Shown in pieces: positions 44,965-53,911 of a stretch of DNA of 53,980 nt. The stretch is from Stellaceae bacterium (GTDB lineage: Bacteria; Pseudomonadota; Alphaproteobacteria; ATCC43930; CGMCC-115725), in assembly GCA_035938015.1 (NCBI GenBank), contig DASZHJ010000241.1:1-53980 (forward strand). The letters are read 5' to 3'. Below the pieces are notes generated by a model. That model was not told the DNA's origin. It saw nothing but the letters and a program-made list of their open reading frames with translations, and made no database searches. The first letter of the stretch is position 1, and each line of letters opens with the position of its first letter. A program made the translations under genes and the position numbers.

Positions 44965-46920
44965 TCAGGCGTGCAGGGTCGGCCGCTTGCGCCGGTTGAT
45001 GCGCACTGCGCCCAGCACGACCGCGACGATCCCCACCAGGATCGGGATGAAGGCGATATCGAAGAACTCCAGCTCGGCCTTGAGGTGGTCGATGTCCTGA
45101 CGCAGCGCCCGCTGCACCACGCGCAGCTGCTGGCGCGTGCGCAGCATCTCGCCGCGGAAATTGTCGATCGCCTGGCTTTGCTCGGCGGTCAAGGTGACGG
45201 CTCCCTCCTTGTTCTGCTGGATGTCCTTGATCTTGTCCTCGGTGGCCTTGAGCTTGTCCTCGAGCGCCTTCTCGTTGGCGCGGTTCTGCGCCTCGGCGGC
45301 GCGCTGGATCCGGTCGACGACGACAAAGGGACGTGCCGCGGTGCCGCGGCTTCTCAGGCTGATCAGATCGTTGCCGCCCGCCAGCACTTCGAGGGCGTTG
45401 GCGACGAAATCGCCGTTGCTGGCGGTCGGCACCACGACCTGCTGGCCGAAGAAATCCGAGGTCTGCGCCCAGAAGCGATCATCGAGGACGTCGGTATCGG
45501 CGACCACGATCACGTTGATCGGCTGCTTCGCCTCTTTGAGTTGCGGAGTTTCGTCCGCTTTGGCCGGGTCGTCCTTCTTCGCGGCGTCGGCCGCCGGCGG
45601 AGCCTCGCTCGATTTCTGCTCCTCCTTGGGCTTGGGCGGGCCGTCGGGGAACGCGGTCTGGGCCGGACCGCTGATCCGCGCGGCGAGCGTGTAACGCTCG
45701 CCCGTCGGCTTGAAATCGTCGAGCAGGCCTGCGACGTCGGGCATGCCCTCGACCTTGTCGACCGGAATCTCCTCGGCGTCGGCTGAGGTCTGGATCAATG
45801 GCACGAAGCTGGTCTTGGCATCCTTGACAGGCTTCAGGACACCCGCGCTCGCCATGTTGATCTGGTCGAGATCGCCGGTCACGAGGTCGTCGTGATTGAG
45901 GGCGTTGTCCTTGAGCTGCAGCCAGGCGACGTAGTTGAGTGGCATCGGCGAGACGGAGCTGCCGATGTTGACCTTGCGCGCAGCCTGCCGGTCACCCACG
46001 ACGACCTTGGGCTCGAGCTCGACGCCCCAGGCCTTGAAGAGCGGCTCCAGGTTGCTGTCGCTCGGCCCGCCCGGCGGCGCATAGCGGTTGGGGTGCATCT
46101 GCTGGGTCTCGGAATGCGGATCGACGAACACCAACGCGCGTCCGCCGCCGAGCACGAACTGGTCGATGGCATAGAGCGTCTTGTCCGAGAGGCCTTGAGG
46201 ATGCGCGATCAAGAGCACGTCGATGTCGGGCTCGACCTTGTCGAACTCGGTGGAGATCGTGCGCAGCTCATAGAGCTGGCGCAGTTGGCTCACGATCGCA
46301 TAGGGACGGAGCGGCTGGCCCTGCAGCGCCGCCGCGAAATCTCCCTCCATCGGCAGCGCCGTCACCAGCCCGACCACGGTCTTCTTCGGTCGCGCGATCG
46401 AGTGGATCATCTTGGTGAGGTCGTATTCGAGGAAGCGTTCGCGTTCGGGCTGAAAGAACGGGATCAGCTCCTGATCGTCGGTGGAGTTGGTGGCAGCCAG
46501 TCCGAAATAGACTTTCTCGCCGCCCTGCTCGAGCGGCACGCCTTGGAGGCCCAGCGCTACCGCACGATCCTCGTCGGGCGAGAACGGCTCCGGGTCGATC
46601 ACCTGCAGATCGATCTTGCCCTTGGCGCGCGCGGCATATTCCTCCAGCGTCTCGCGCACGCGCTGGGCATAGATGCCGTAGGACGGAATCTCGTCGCCGA
46701 GCCGGCGCGAGAAGTAGTAGCGCAGCGTGATCGGCTCCTGGATCTCGGCGATGGTGCGCGCGGTGCCCTCGGAGAGCGTGTAGATCCGGCCCGAGGTCAG
46801 GTCGATGCGCGCCGAGCGCAAGACGTGGCCGGCGATCACGTTCACGGACACGAACAGCACCAACGCCGAAGCGAGGCTCAGAAGTGCCAGAGTGCGGCGC
46901 GAGAAGGAGGGAAAAGTCAT
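44965..46920 (-). CDS. GldG-like ABC-transporter auxiliary protein (ABC-type uncharacterised transport system)
   Basis: 651 aa with N- and C-terminal TM anchors. ...RIDLTSGRIYTLSEGT...ITLRYYFS...YFGLAA... is typical of the GldG family. Confidence 0.82.
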   Translation of the reverse strand: MTFPSFSRRTLALLSLASALVLFVSVNVIAGHVLRSARIDLTSGRIYTLSEGTARTIAEIQEPITLRYYFSRRLGDEIPSYGIYAQRVRETLEEYAARAKGKIDLQVIDPEPFSPDEDRAVALGLQGVPLEQGGEKVYFGLAATNSTDDQELIPFFQPERERFLEYDLTKMIHSIARPKKTVVGLVTALPMEGDFAAALQGQPLRPYAIVSQLRQLYELRTISTEFDKVEPDIDVLLIAHPQGLSDKTLYAIDQFVLGGGRALVFVDPHSETQQMHPNRYAPPGGPSDSNLEPLFKAWGVELEPKVVVGDRQAARKVNIGSSVSPMPLNYVAWLQLKDNALNHDDLVTGDLDQINMASAGVLKPVKDAKTSFVPLIQTSADAEEIPVDKVEGMPDVAGLLDDFKPTGERYTLAARISGPAQTAFPDGPPKPKEEQKSSEAPPAADAAKKDDPAKADETPQLKEAKQPINVIVVADTDVLDDRFWAQTSDFFGQQVVVPTASNGDFVANALEVLAGGNDLISLRSRGTAARPFVVVDRIQRAAEAQNRANEKALEDKLKATEDKIKDIQQNKEGAVTLTAEQSQAIDNFRGEMLRTRQQLRVVQRALRQDIDHLKAELEFFDIAFIPILVGIVAVVLGAVRINRRKRPTLHA

Positions 46921-46929
46921 GCCCGGCCC

Positions 46930-47664
46930 TCAATCCGCCTTCTTGAGGTCGACGATGATCGCATTGGCATAGAGAAAGAAGGCGATCACGGAGAGGAAGA
47001 ACACGGCGTCGCGCAGATCGATGACGCCGCGGATGATCGCGTTGAAATGCGTAAGGAAGCTGAACCCGGCGACGGTTGCCAGCACCGCCTCGGGCGCCCA
47101 GCCCTTGATGAAGCCCAGCACGATCGGCGAGCCGCTCACCGTGAAGACGAAGCATGCGGCCGCGGTCACCACGAAGGCGATCACCTGGTTCTTGGTGAGC
47201 GCGGAGAGGCAGGCGCCGATGGCGAGGAAGGCACCGGCCATCAGAAAGCTTGCGATGTAGCTGGCGAGGATCACGCCGTTGTCGGGGTGGCCGAGGTAAT
47301 TGACGGTGATCCAGAACGGCACCGTGAGGATCAGCGCGATCCCGGCAAACGCCCAGCTCGCCAGGAATTTTCCGATCACCGCCTCGGTCATGGAGATGGG
47401 CAGCGTCAGCAGCAGCTCGATCGTGCCGCTCTTGCGCTCCTCGGCCCAGAGCCGCATGGCGAGCGCCGGTATCAGAACGAGGTAGAGCCAGGGATGGAAC
47501 GTGAAGAAGGGCTGCAGGTCCGCCTGGCCGCGATCGAAGAAATTGCCCACGAAGAACGCGAGCGACCCGGCGAGCGCCAGGAAGATCACGATGAACACGT
47601 AGGCGAGCGGTGTCGCGAAGTAGCTGGCGAGCTCGCGGCGGACGATGACGGCGATATGGCCCAT
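46930..47664 (-). CDS. ABC-2-type transporter permease (GldF-like)
   Basis: 244 aa, 6 TM. RRELASYFATPLAYVFIVIFL... and ...EERKSGTIELLLTLP... are typical of this permease family. Confidence 0.85.
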   Translation of the reverse strand: MGHIAVIVRRELASYFATPLAYVFIVIFLALAGSLAFFVGNFFDRGQADLQPFFTFHPWLYLVLIPALAMRLWAEERKSGTIELLLTLPISMTEAVIGKFLASWAFAGIALILTVPFWITVNYLGHPDNGVILASYIASFLMAGAFLAIGACLSALTKNQVIAFVVTAAACFVFTVSGSPIVLGFIKGWAPEAVLATVAGFSFLTHFNAIIRGVIDLRDAVFFLSVIAFFLYANAIIVDLKKAD

Positions 47665-47678
47665 TGGCGATGCCGCGC

Positions 47679-48611
47679 TCAGGCCGCCGTCGCGGTGACG
47701 GTGCGGAACACGTCATCGAGGCGTCCCCGCTCGACGCGGAGCCCCGCCACATCCCACCGCTCGGCGCGCGCGAGATCGGCCACATCCGCGACGATGGAGC
47801 GCCCGTCGCGCGGGAAGACCATCAGCGCTGCACCCTCGTCGTCGTCGGCGGGCTCGACCGCGAGCACGCCCGGCAGCCTTGCCAGGGCCGCCTCGACCCC
47901 GGTCGTGGGGCGGGTGACCTCGATCCGCACGGCGTTGTGATGGCGCGAGCGTTGGGCGAGCTCGCCTGGCGTGCCGTCCGCGACCACCCTGCCATTGGCG
48001 ATCACCACGGCGCGGCTGCAGACGGCGTCGACTTCCTCCAGCAAGTGCGTGGAGATGATGATCGCCTTTTCCGGCGCCAGCACGTTGATGAGCTTGCGTA
48101 CCTCGTGCTTCTGGTTGGGATCGAGCCCGTCCGTGGGCTCGTCGAGGATCAGCACCGGCGGATCGTGCAACAGCGCTTGCGCGAGGCCGACGCGGCGCTT
48201 GAAGCCCTTGGAGAGCGTGTCGATGGGCTGGGTCAGCACGCTTTCGAGCGCCGTACGCTCGATCGCGGTCCTGATCCGCTCGCGCGCCTCGGCGCCGCGA
48301 AACCCACGGATATGCGCCATGAACCGCAGAAAAGCGGACGGTGTCATGTCGGGATAGCAGGGGGCACCCTCCGGCAGATAGCCGATCTGGCGTTTGGCCG
48401 CGATCGGGTCGTCGGTTATGTCGGCGCCACAGACCACCGCGGTGCCCGAGCTCGGCGCCAGAAAGCCCGTGATCATTTTCATGGTGGTGGACTTGCCGGC
48501 GCCGTTGGGACCCAGGAAGCCCAGCACCTCGCCGCGCCTCACGGTGAGAGAGACGTCGTCCACTGCGAGGATCGATCCGAAATGTCTCGTGAGATGGCGC
48601 ACCGAGATCAT
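47679..48611 (-). CDS. ABC transporter ATP-binding protein (GldA-like)
   Basis: ATG 48611. Walker A GPNGAGKST, signature LSKGFKRRVGLAQAL, Walker B VLILDEPTDGLD. Confidence 0.9.
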   Translation of the reverse strand: MISVRHLTRHFGSILAVDDVSLTVRRGEVLGFLGPNGAGKSTTMKMITGFLAPSSGTAVVCGADITDDPIAAKRQIGYLPEGAPCYPDMTPSAFLRFMAHIRGFRGAEARERIRTAIERTALESVLTQPIDTLSKGFKRRVGLAQALLHDPPVLILDEPTDGLDPNQKHEVRKLINVLAPEKAIIISTHLLEEVDAVCSRAVVIANGRVVADGTPGELAQRSRHHNAVRIEVTRPTTGVEAALARLPGVLAVEPADDDEGAALMVFPRDGRSIVADVADLARAERWDVAGLRVERGRLDDVFRTVTATAA

Positions 48612-48789
48612 CTCGTCCGGTTGCGCCGCGTCCGTCTTCTTGCTCGGCAAGGCTCTCCTCCGACCGCGTTCTGCGACGGCGCTCCGGGAAAAAACTTCGT
48701 GTGCGCCGGATTCGCCGCGCGCGGCGCTTATTTGCAACTTAAAACGGTGTAATGTGTCCGCGCGCGCGAGGCAAGGGCGGGGAAGGGGC

Positions 48790-50472
48790 GTGATCCGGCG
48801 GCTGCGCTTGGCTTCGGGGCTCGTCATGTTCGTCTACGTGACGACGCACTTCATCAATCACAGCCTGGGCCTCGTCTCGCTCGAGCTGATGGACCGCGCG
48901 CTCGAGCGCATCTACAAGGTCTGGGCCAGCGATCTCGGGACGCTTGCGCTCTATGGTGCCTTCTCGGTCCATTACTGTCTGGCGCTCTGGGCGCTGTGGC
49001 TGCGCCGCTCGCTCAAGATGCCGTTCGCCGAGGCGCTCCAGCTCGTGCTGGGCTTCTGCATTCCCTTCATCTTGACCGCGCATGTGCTGCACACGCGGGT
49101 CGCCGACACCTATTTCGGCGCCGACTTCGGCTACTATTCCACGCTGCTTTACAATTACTACGTGACCGATCTCTGGGCCGGGTTGCTGCAGCTCACGGTC
49201 CTGGTGATCGCCTGGGTCCACGCCGTCATCGGGCTCAGGTTCTGGCTGCGGCTCAAACCGTGGTACGAGCGCTGGCAGCCGCTGTTGTTTGCCTTCGCGC
49301 TGCTGATGCCGACCCTCGCGATCCTCGGCTACGCCGAAGGCGGCCGCGAGGTCCTCACCATGGCCGGCAATCCGGCGTGGGTCGCCGAGCTGAAGGCGGC
49401 GCACCCCAACGCCGCGCCCGAGGAAGTGGCGCTCATCGACGCGCTTATCGCCTGGGTGCGCGTCGGCTTCCTGGGCGCGCTCATCGCGGTCCTCGTGGCG
49501 CGCATCCTGCGCTGGCATTGGCAGCGCCGGCGCGGCGTCGTGCGTTTGACCTACCCGAGCGGCCGCCGGATCGAGATCGTGCCGGGCATCTCGGTGCTGG
49601 AGGCGAGCCGGCTCAACGGCATCCCGCACGCTTCCGTGTGCGGCGGCCGCGGCCGCTGCTCGACCTGCCGGATCCGCGTCTCGGGCGATGCCGACGCCTT
49701 GCCTCCGCCGGCGCCGGAGGAGCTCAAAGTGCTCGAGCGCGTGGGCGCCGCCCCCGATGTGCGCTTGGCCTGTCAGCTTCGCCCCGTGGGCGATCTCCGG
49801 GTGACGCCGCTGCTGCCGGCGACCGCGCAGGCGCGGGACGGCTTCCGGCGGCCGAGCTATCTCACCGGGAGCGAGCGCGAGATCGCGATTCTGTTCGCCG
49901 ACCTCCGCGCCTTCACCAAGCTCTCGGAGCAGAAGCTGCCCTATGACGTCGTCTTCCTGCTGAACCGATATTTCGCCGAGATGGGCCACGCCGTCGAGGA
50001 GGCGGGAGGCCGCATCGACAAGTTCATCGGCGACGGCGTGATGGCGCTCTTCGGCCTGGATCGCGGCGTCGAAGCCGGCTGCCGCGAGGCGCTCGCGGCG
50101 GCGCGGGCGATGTCCGAGCGCTTGACCCACCTCAACGAGACCCTCGCGCACGATTTGCCGGATCCGCTGCGCATCGGCATCGGGATTCATACGGGGCCCG
50201 CCATCGTCGGCGAGATGGGCTACGGCCGCGCCATCTCGGTGACTGCGGTCGGCGACAGCGTCAACACCGCAAGCCGCCTCGAGGGTCTCACCAAGACCTA
50301 TGGCGCTGAGCTCGTGGTCTCCGAGGCGGTCGTGGTGCGGGCCGGCATGGACTTGAGCGGCGCCGAGCGGCACGAGCTCGAGATTCGCGGCCGTATCGAG
50401 CGGCTCGCCGTGCGCACCCTCAGGAGCGCGCGGGAGCTGCCGGCGCAGGCGCGGGTGCCTTCCGCCGCTTGA
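48790..50472 (+). CDS. Membrane-bound class III adenylate cyclase with 6TM His-rich anchor and 2Fe-2S ferredoxin domain (CyaC-like)
   Basis: Six predicted TM helices carrying His residues (THFINH, SVHYC, TAHVLH, WVHAV). An adrenodoxin-type cluster motif CGGRGRCSTC...C. A cyclase homology domain, ILFADLRAFT...KFIGDGVMALFG...IGIHTGPAIVGEMG...VGDSVNTASRLE. Start is GTG 48790 or ATG 48826. Confidence 0.85.
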   Translation: MIRRLRLASGLVMFVYVTTHFINHSLGLVSLELMDRALERIYKVWASDLGTLALYGAFSVHYCLALWALWLRRSLKMPFAEALQLVLGFCIPFILTAHVLHTRVADTYFGADFGYYSTLLYNYYVTDLWAGLLQLTVLVIAWVHAVIGLRFWLRLKPWYERWQPLLFAFALLMPTLAILGYAEGGREVLTMAGNPAWVAELKAAHPNAAPEEVALIDALIAWVRVGFLGALIAVLVARILRWHWQRRRGVVRLTYPSGRRIEIVPGISVLEASRLNGIPHASVCGGRGRCSTCRIRVSGDADALPPPAPEELKVLERVGAAPDVRLACQLRPVGDLRVTPLLPATAQARDGFRRPSYLTGSEREIAILFADLRAFTKLSEQKLPYDVVFLLNRYFAEMGHAVEEAGGRIDKFIGDGVMALFGLDRGVEAGCREALAAARAMSERLTHLNETLAHDLPDPLRIGIGIHTGPAIVGEMGYGRAISVTAVGDSVNTASRLEGLTKTYGAELVVSEAVVVRAGMDLSGAERHELEIRGRIERLAVRTLRSARELPAQARVPSAA

Positions 50473-50528
50473 CCAAGAGCAATAGCCGGTGACGATTCCT
50501 TGCTGACATTGACGTGAGAGGTGGCTGC

Positions 50529-51236
50529 ATGGAGCGCCCGGAGATCCTCAGGCGTGAGATCAAGGTGCTGGTCTTCGACCAGTACGGCACCATCGTCGAC
50601 ATGCAGAAAGGCCTGACCGAGGCGGTCACGCCGTTCCTGGCGCGCAAGGGTTGGACCGGCGATGCCGGCAGCTTCGTCACCTGGTGGCGACGCACGCATT
50701 TCGAGAACTCGATGATCGACGCTCTGTGCGACCGCGGTCACACGCCCTACCGGCAGATCGGTCATCGAGCGGTGTCCTACGTAATGGACCGGTGCGGCAT
50801 AGCCTATACCCAGGACGAGGTGCGCTCGCTCGTCGCCGGCATCGAGGCGCTCAAGCCGTTTCCCGATGTGGTTGCGGCGCTTGAGCGGCTGCGGGGCGCC
50901 GGCCTTAAGCTCGCTATTCTTTCCAACGGCGATCGCGACATGCTCGAGGCTGCCGGGCCGCACATCGGCTTTCGCTTCGATCACGTGATCTCCGCCGAGG
51001 ACGCCGGCTATTTCAAGCCGCACTGGAAGACCTACGCGAGGGCCGAAGAGGTGATCGGCGCGGCTCGTTCGAGTTGCCTCTTCGTCGCCAATCACGCTTT
51101 CGATTGCATTGGCGCCAAGGCCTATGGCATGCGAACGGCCTTCATCGACCGCCGCAAGCGTCCGTTCGGCGAAACCCCGCACCAGCCGGACCTCATCGTG
51201 GCGAACTTCGCAGAACTCGGCTCGATGCTCTCGTGA
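50529..51236 (+). CDS. Haloacid dehalogenase type II / HAD-family hydrolase
   Basis: ATG 50529 after GAGAGGTGG. Nucleophile motif VLVFDQYGT, LAILSNGD and YFKPH. This is the type II dehalogenase layout. Confidence 0.78.
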   Translation: MERPEILRREIKVLVFDQYGTIVDMQKGLTEAVTPFLARKGWTGDAGSFVTWWRRTHFENSMIDALCDRGHTPYRQIGHRAVSYVMDRCGIAYTQDEVRSLVAGIEALKPFPDVVAALERLRGAGLKLAILSNGDRDMLEAAGPHIGFRFDHVISAEDAGYFKPHWKTYARAEEVIGAARSSCLFVANHAFDCIGAKAYGMRTAFIDRRKRPFGETPHQPDLIVANFAELGSMLS

Positions 51237-51252
51237 GGTGCGCCGACGCCAT

Positions 51253-51735
51253 CTAGAGCAGCCGTTCGATCTCCTCGACGATCTCCGGCGCCAGCGGCTT
51301 GACCGCGGAGGGCCAGGCGCCGGCGAGGCTGCCGTCGGGGGCGATCAGGTATTTGTGGAAGTTCCAGCGGGGAACCCCGGCGTCGCCGAGCTCGGCCTCG
51401 ATCCAGCGGTAGAGCGGGTGCGCCTCAGGTCCCACCACGCGCTCTTTGGCCGCGAGCGGGAACGTGACGTGATAGTTGGTCGAGCAGAACTCTTTGATCT
51501 CCGCAGCGGTGCCCGGCTCCTGCGCGCCGAAGTCGTTCGAGGGCACGCCCAGCACGACCAGGCCGCGCCCGGCGTAGCGCTGGTGGAGCTGCTCGAGCTC
51601 CGCGTATTGCGGCGTGTAACCGCAGAACGAGGCCGTGTTCACCACCAAGACCGGCTTGCCGCGATAGCGCTCGAGCGGCAGCGGCGCGCCCTCGATGGTG
51701 GCGAACGAAAAGCCGTGCGCGCTGCTCTCAGCCAT
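51253..51735 (-). CDS. Glutathione peroxidase (Cys-type)
   Basis: ATG 51735. VLVVNTASFCGYT (catalytic Cys encoded by TGC), LGVPSNDFGAQEP and WNFHKYLI. Confidence 0.9.
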   Translation of the reverse strand: MAESSAHGFSFATIEGAPLPLERYRGKPVLVVNTASFCGYTPQYAELEQLHQRYAGRGLVVLGVPSNDFGAQEPGTAAEIKEFCSTNYHVTFPLAAKERVVGPEAHPLYRWIEAELGDAGVPRWNFHKYLIAPDGSLAGAWPSAVKPLAPEIVEEIERLL

Positions 51736-52396
51736 ATCGCTCCTCCGCCCAGGGGTCGCCGCGCATGTGATAGCCGCGCACCTCCCAGAAACCGGCCTTG
51801 TCGTCGGCGAGGAAGGTGATCCGCCGGATCCACTTGGCGCTCTTCCAGAAATAGAGCTTCGGCACCACCGCGCGCACGGGGCCGCCGTGCTCGCGCGGGA
51901 TCGGCTCGCCCTGCCAGGAATGGGCGAGCAGCACGTCGTCATCGTCGAAATCGGCGAGCGGTAGGTTCGTGGTGTAGTCGTCGTAGCTCGTGAACGTCAG
52001 GAATTTGACCTCGGGCTTCGGCCGCACCACGCCTAGGACGTGCCGCGCCGAGACTCCGTCCCAGGCGTTGTCGTAGCGCGACCATTGCGTGACGCAGTGG
52101 ATGTCCGAGACGTCGCGGGTTTGCGGCTGAGCGCGGAACGTCGCCCAATCCCAGGCAACGGGGTTCTCCACCAGCCCGTCGACCGCAAGCTGCCAGCGCT
52201 CGAGCGGCACGTCCGGCTGAACCCCGAGATCGAGCACTGGCCAGTCCTTGACCTCGCGCTGCCCCGGCGGCAATCGCTCCGCCTCGGGCCGCGCGTGCCG
52301 CCCGGTCAGAAGCCGGCCCTCTCGCGCCCAGCGCTGCTTGCTCTCCACCAGCTTTCTGCGCGCTTGACCCAGCGGACCCGGATTCTCATCCGACAT
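51728..52396 (-). CDS. Sulfite-oxidase-like molybdopterin oxidoreductase (short, cytoplasmic type)
   Basis: ATG 52396, 222 aa. ...DWPVLDLG...W.L.VDGLVENP...DIHCVTQWSRYDNAWDGV...GGPVRAVVPKLYFWKSAKW... is the Mo-cofactor domain with its Cys ligand. No signal peptide. Confidence 0.78.
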   Translation of the reverse strand: MSDENPGPLGQARRKLVESKQRWAREGRLLTGRHARPEAERLPPGQREVKDWPVLDLGVQPDVPLERWQLAVDGLVENPVAWDWATFRAQPQTRDVSDIHCVTQWSRYDNAWDGVSARHVLGVVRPKPEVKFLTFTSYDDYTTNLPLADFDDDDVLLAHSWQGEPIPREHGGPVRAVVPKLYFWKSAKWIRRITFLADDKAGFWEVRGYHMRGDPWAEERYG

Positions 52397-52510
52397 GCCA
52401 GCGGTCCTCTTCGGTTCGATGTCTCCAAGATAGGCATTCCCGGCCGATGGTGCAGCCGCATTTTGGGGCGCGCGGGCATTCTCGGGTTGCGCCATCCAGA
52501 GGGAGAGGGC

Positions 52511-53200
52511 ATGACTGGCTCTCCCCGCGGCCTTCAGGCTCTCTCTGCCCCTTTGCCTGCGACCCTGCTCTACCTCATCAAAGGCATTTTCGTCGGCATG
52601 GTGATCGCCGTGCCGGCGGGGCCGGTCGGCGTGCTCTGCGTACGGCGCACCTTCTTCGAGGGCGCTCGGTTCGGCATCGTCTCGGGGTTGGGGGCCGCGG
52701 TCGCCGACGTGATCTTCGGGATCGTGGCGGGGCTCGGCCTCACCGTGGTGCGCGACTGGCTGCTGGGTTATCAGGACTGGCTGGGCGCGCTCGGCGGAGT
52801 TTATCTTCTGGTGGCCGGCATGCGCACGCTGCGCAGCCGGAGCAACGCCGATCCGCAGCCGCTCAAGGGCGAGAATCTGGCGGCGGCTTTCGCCTCCACC
52901 TTCGCCCTCACCATCACCAATCCCATCACCATCCTCGCCTTCGCCGCGATCTTCGCCAAAGTGGGCTTCGACAGCGACGGCGGCGTCAGCTTGGTTCTGG
53001 TCTGGATACTCGTGGGCGGCGTGTTCGCGGGCTCGCTGGTCTGGTGGCTCGGCCTCTGCTTCGGCATCGCGGCCTTGCGGCGTTTCGCGCACATGGAGCA
53101 TTTCGCCTGGGTGGACCGGGTCTCCGGCACGGTGCTGATGGTCTCCGGCGCGGGTCTCCTCACCAGCGTCGCCCTCAACGCCGCGGGCGTGGCCCTCTAG
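52511..53200 (+). CDS. LysE-family amino-acid/metabolite exporter
   Basis: ATG 52511 after GGGAGAGGG. About 229 aa, 6 TM. ...PAGPVGVLCVRRT...G...G.GAA.AD... and ...TITNPITILAFAAIF... are LysE/RhtB-type motifs. Confidence 0.78.
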   Translation: MTGSPRGLQALSAPLPATLLYLIKGIFVGMVIAVPAGPVGVLCVRRTFFEGARFGIVSGLGAAVADVIFGIVAGLGLTVVRDWLLGYQDWLGALGGVYLLVAGMRTLRSRSNADPQPLKGENLAAAFASTFALTITNPITILAFAAIFAKVGFDSDGGVSLVLVWILVGGVFAGSLVWWLGLCFGIAALRRFAHMEHFAWVDRVSGTVLMVSGAGLLTSVALNAAGVAL

Positions 53201-53272
53201 CTGCGATCATGGGTTGACGCCGGCGCCCTCGGCGCCTCCAATCCCCGCGCGCAGCGTCCGCGGGGAGCATCC

Positions 53273-53911
53273 ATGGTCTACATACCCAGCCATTTCGCCG
53301 AGCCTCGACGGGAGGTGCTCGTCGACTTCATCCGGGATCATAACTTCGGGATCCTCGTCTCGGTTGGTGCCGCGGGCATGATCGCGAGCCACATCCCTTT
53401 CCTCTACGACGCCGAGCGGGGAGAGCACGGCACGCTGTGGGGCCATCTCGCCCGCGGCAATCCGCAGCTTGGGGATCTCGGCAGGGGACATGAGGCGCTG
53501 GCGATTTTCGAGGGGCCGCACGGCTACATCTCGCCTCGCTGGTACGCCACTCATCCGGCGGTGCCGACCTGGAACTACAGTATCGTGCACGCCTATGGCA
53601 GGGTCGAGCCCATCGAGGACGTGGCGGAGCTCGAGCGGCTGGTGGCACGGCTCGCCGATCACCACGAGGCGGGCGCCGCGAGCCCGTGGCGGCTTGCCGA
53701 TCAGCCCGAGAAATACCGCCAGGGCATGCTGCGCGGCATCTCCGGTTTCGCCATCCGGGTGACGCGCCTCGAGGGCAAGTTCAAGCTCAGCCAGAACCGC
53801 GACGCCATCGACCGCGGTCGCGTCATCGCGGCCCTCCGAGCCGACGGGAACGCGGACCTTGCCGAGCTGATGGCGAGGCGCGAGGCGGAAAAGGCAGCGT
53901 CTACCTCGTGA
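53273..53911 (+). CDS. FMN-binding negative transcriptional regulator (PaiB family)
   Basis: MVYIPSHFAE...HIPF...G.L.GHLARGNPQ...GPHGYISPRWY...VPTWNY..VH..G...KFKLSQNR are hallmark PaiB segments. Confidence 0.85.
   Translation: MVYIPSHFAEPRREVLVDFIRDHNFGILVSVGAAGMIASHIPFLYDAERGEHGTLWGHLARGNPQLGDLGRGHEALAIFEGPHGYISPRWYATHPAVPTWNYSIVHAYGRVEPIEDVAELERLVARLADHHEAGAASPWRLADQPEKYRQGMLRGISGFAIRVTRLEGKFKLSQNRDAIDRGRVIAALRADGNADLAELMARREAEKAASTS

Noticed and set aside
51253-51735. Selenocysteine recoding in the glutathione peroxidase
   Set aside because: The catalytic position in NTASFCGYT is encoded by TGC (Cys), not TGA. There is no in-frame stop and no SECIS-like hairpin.
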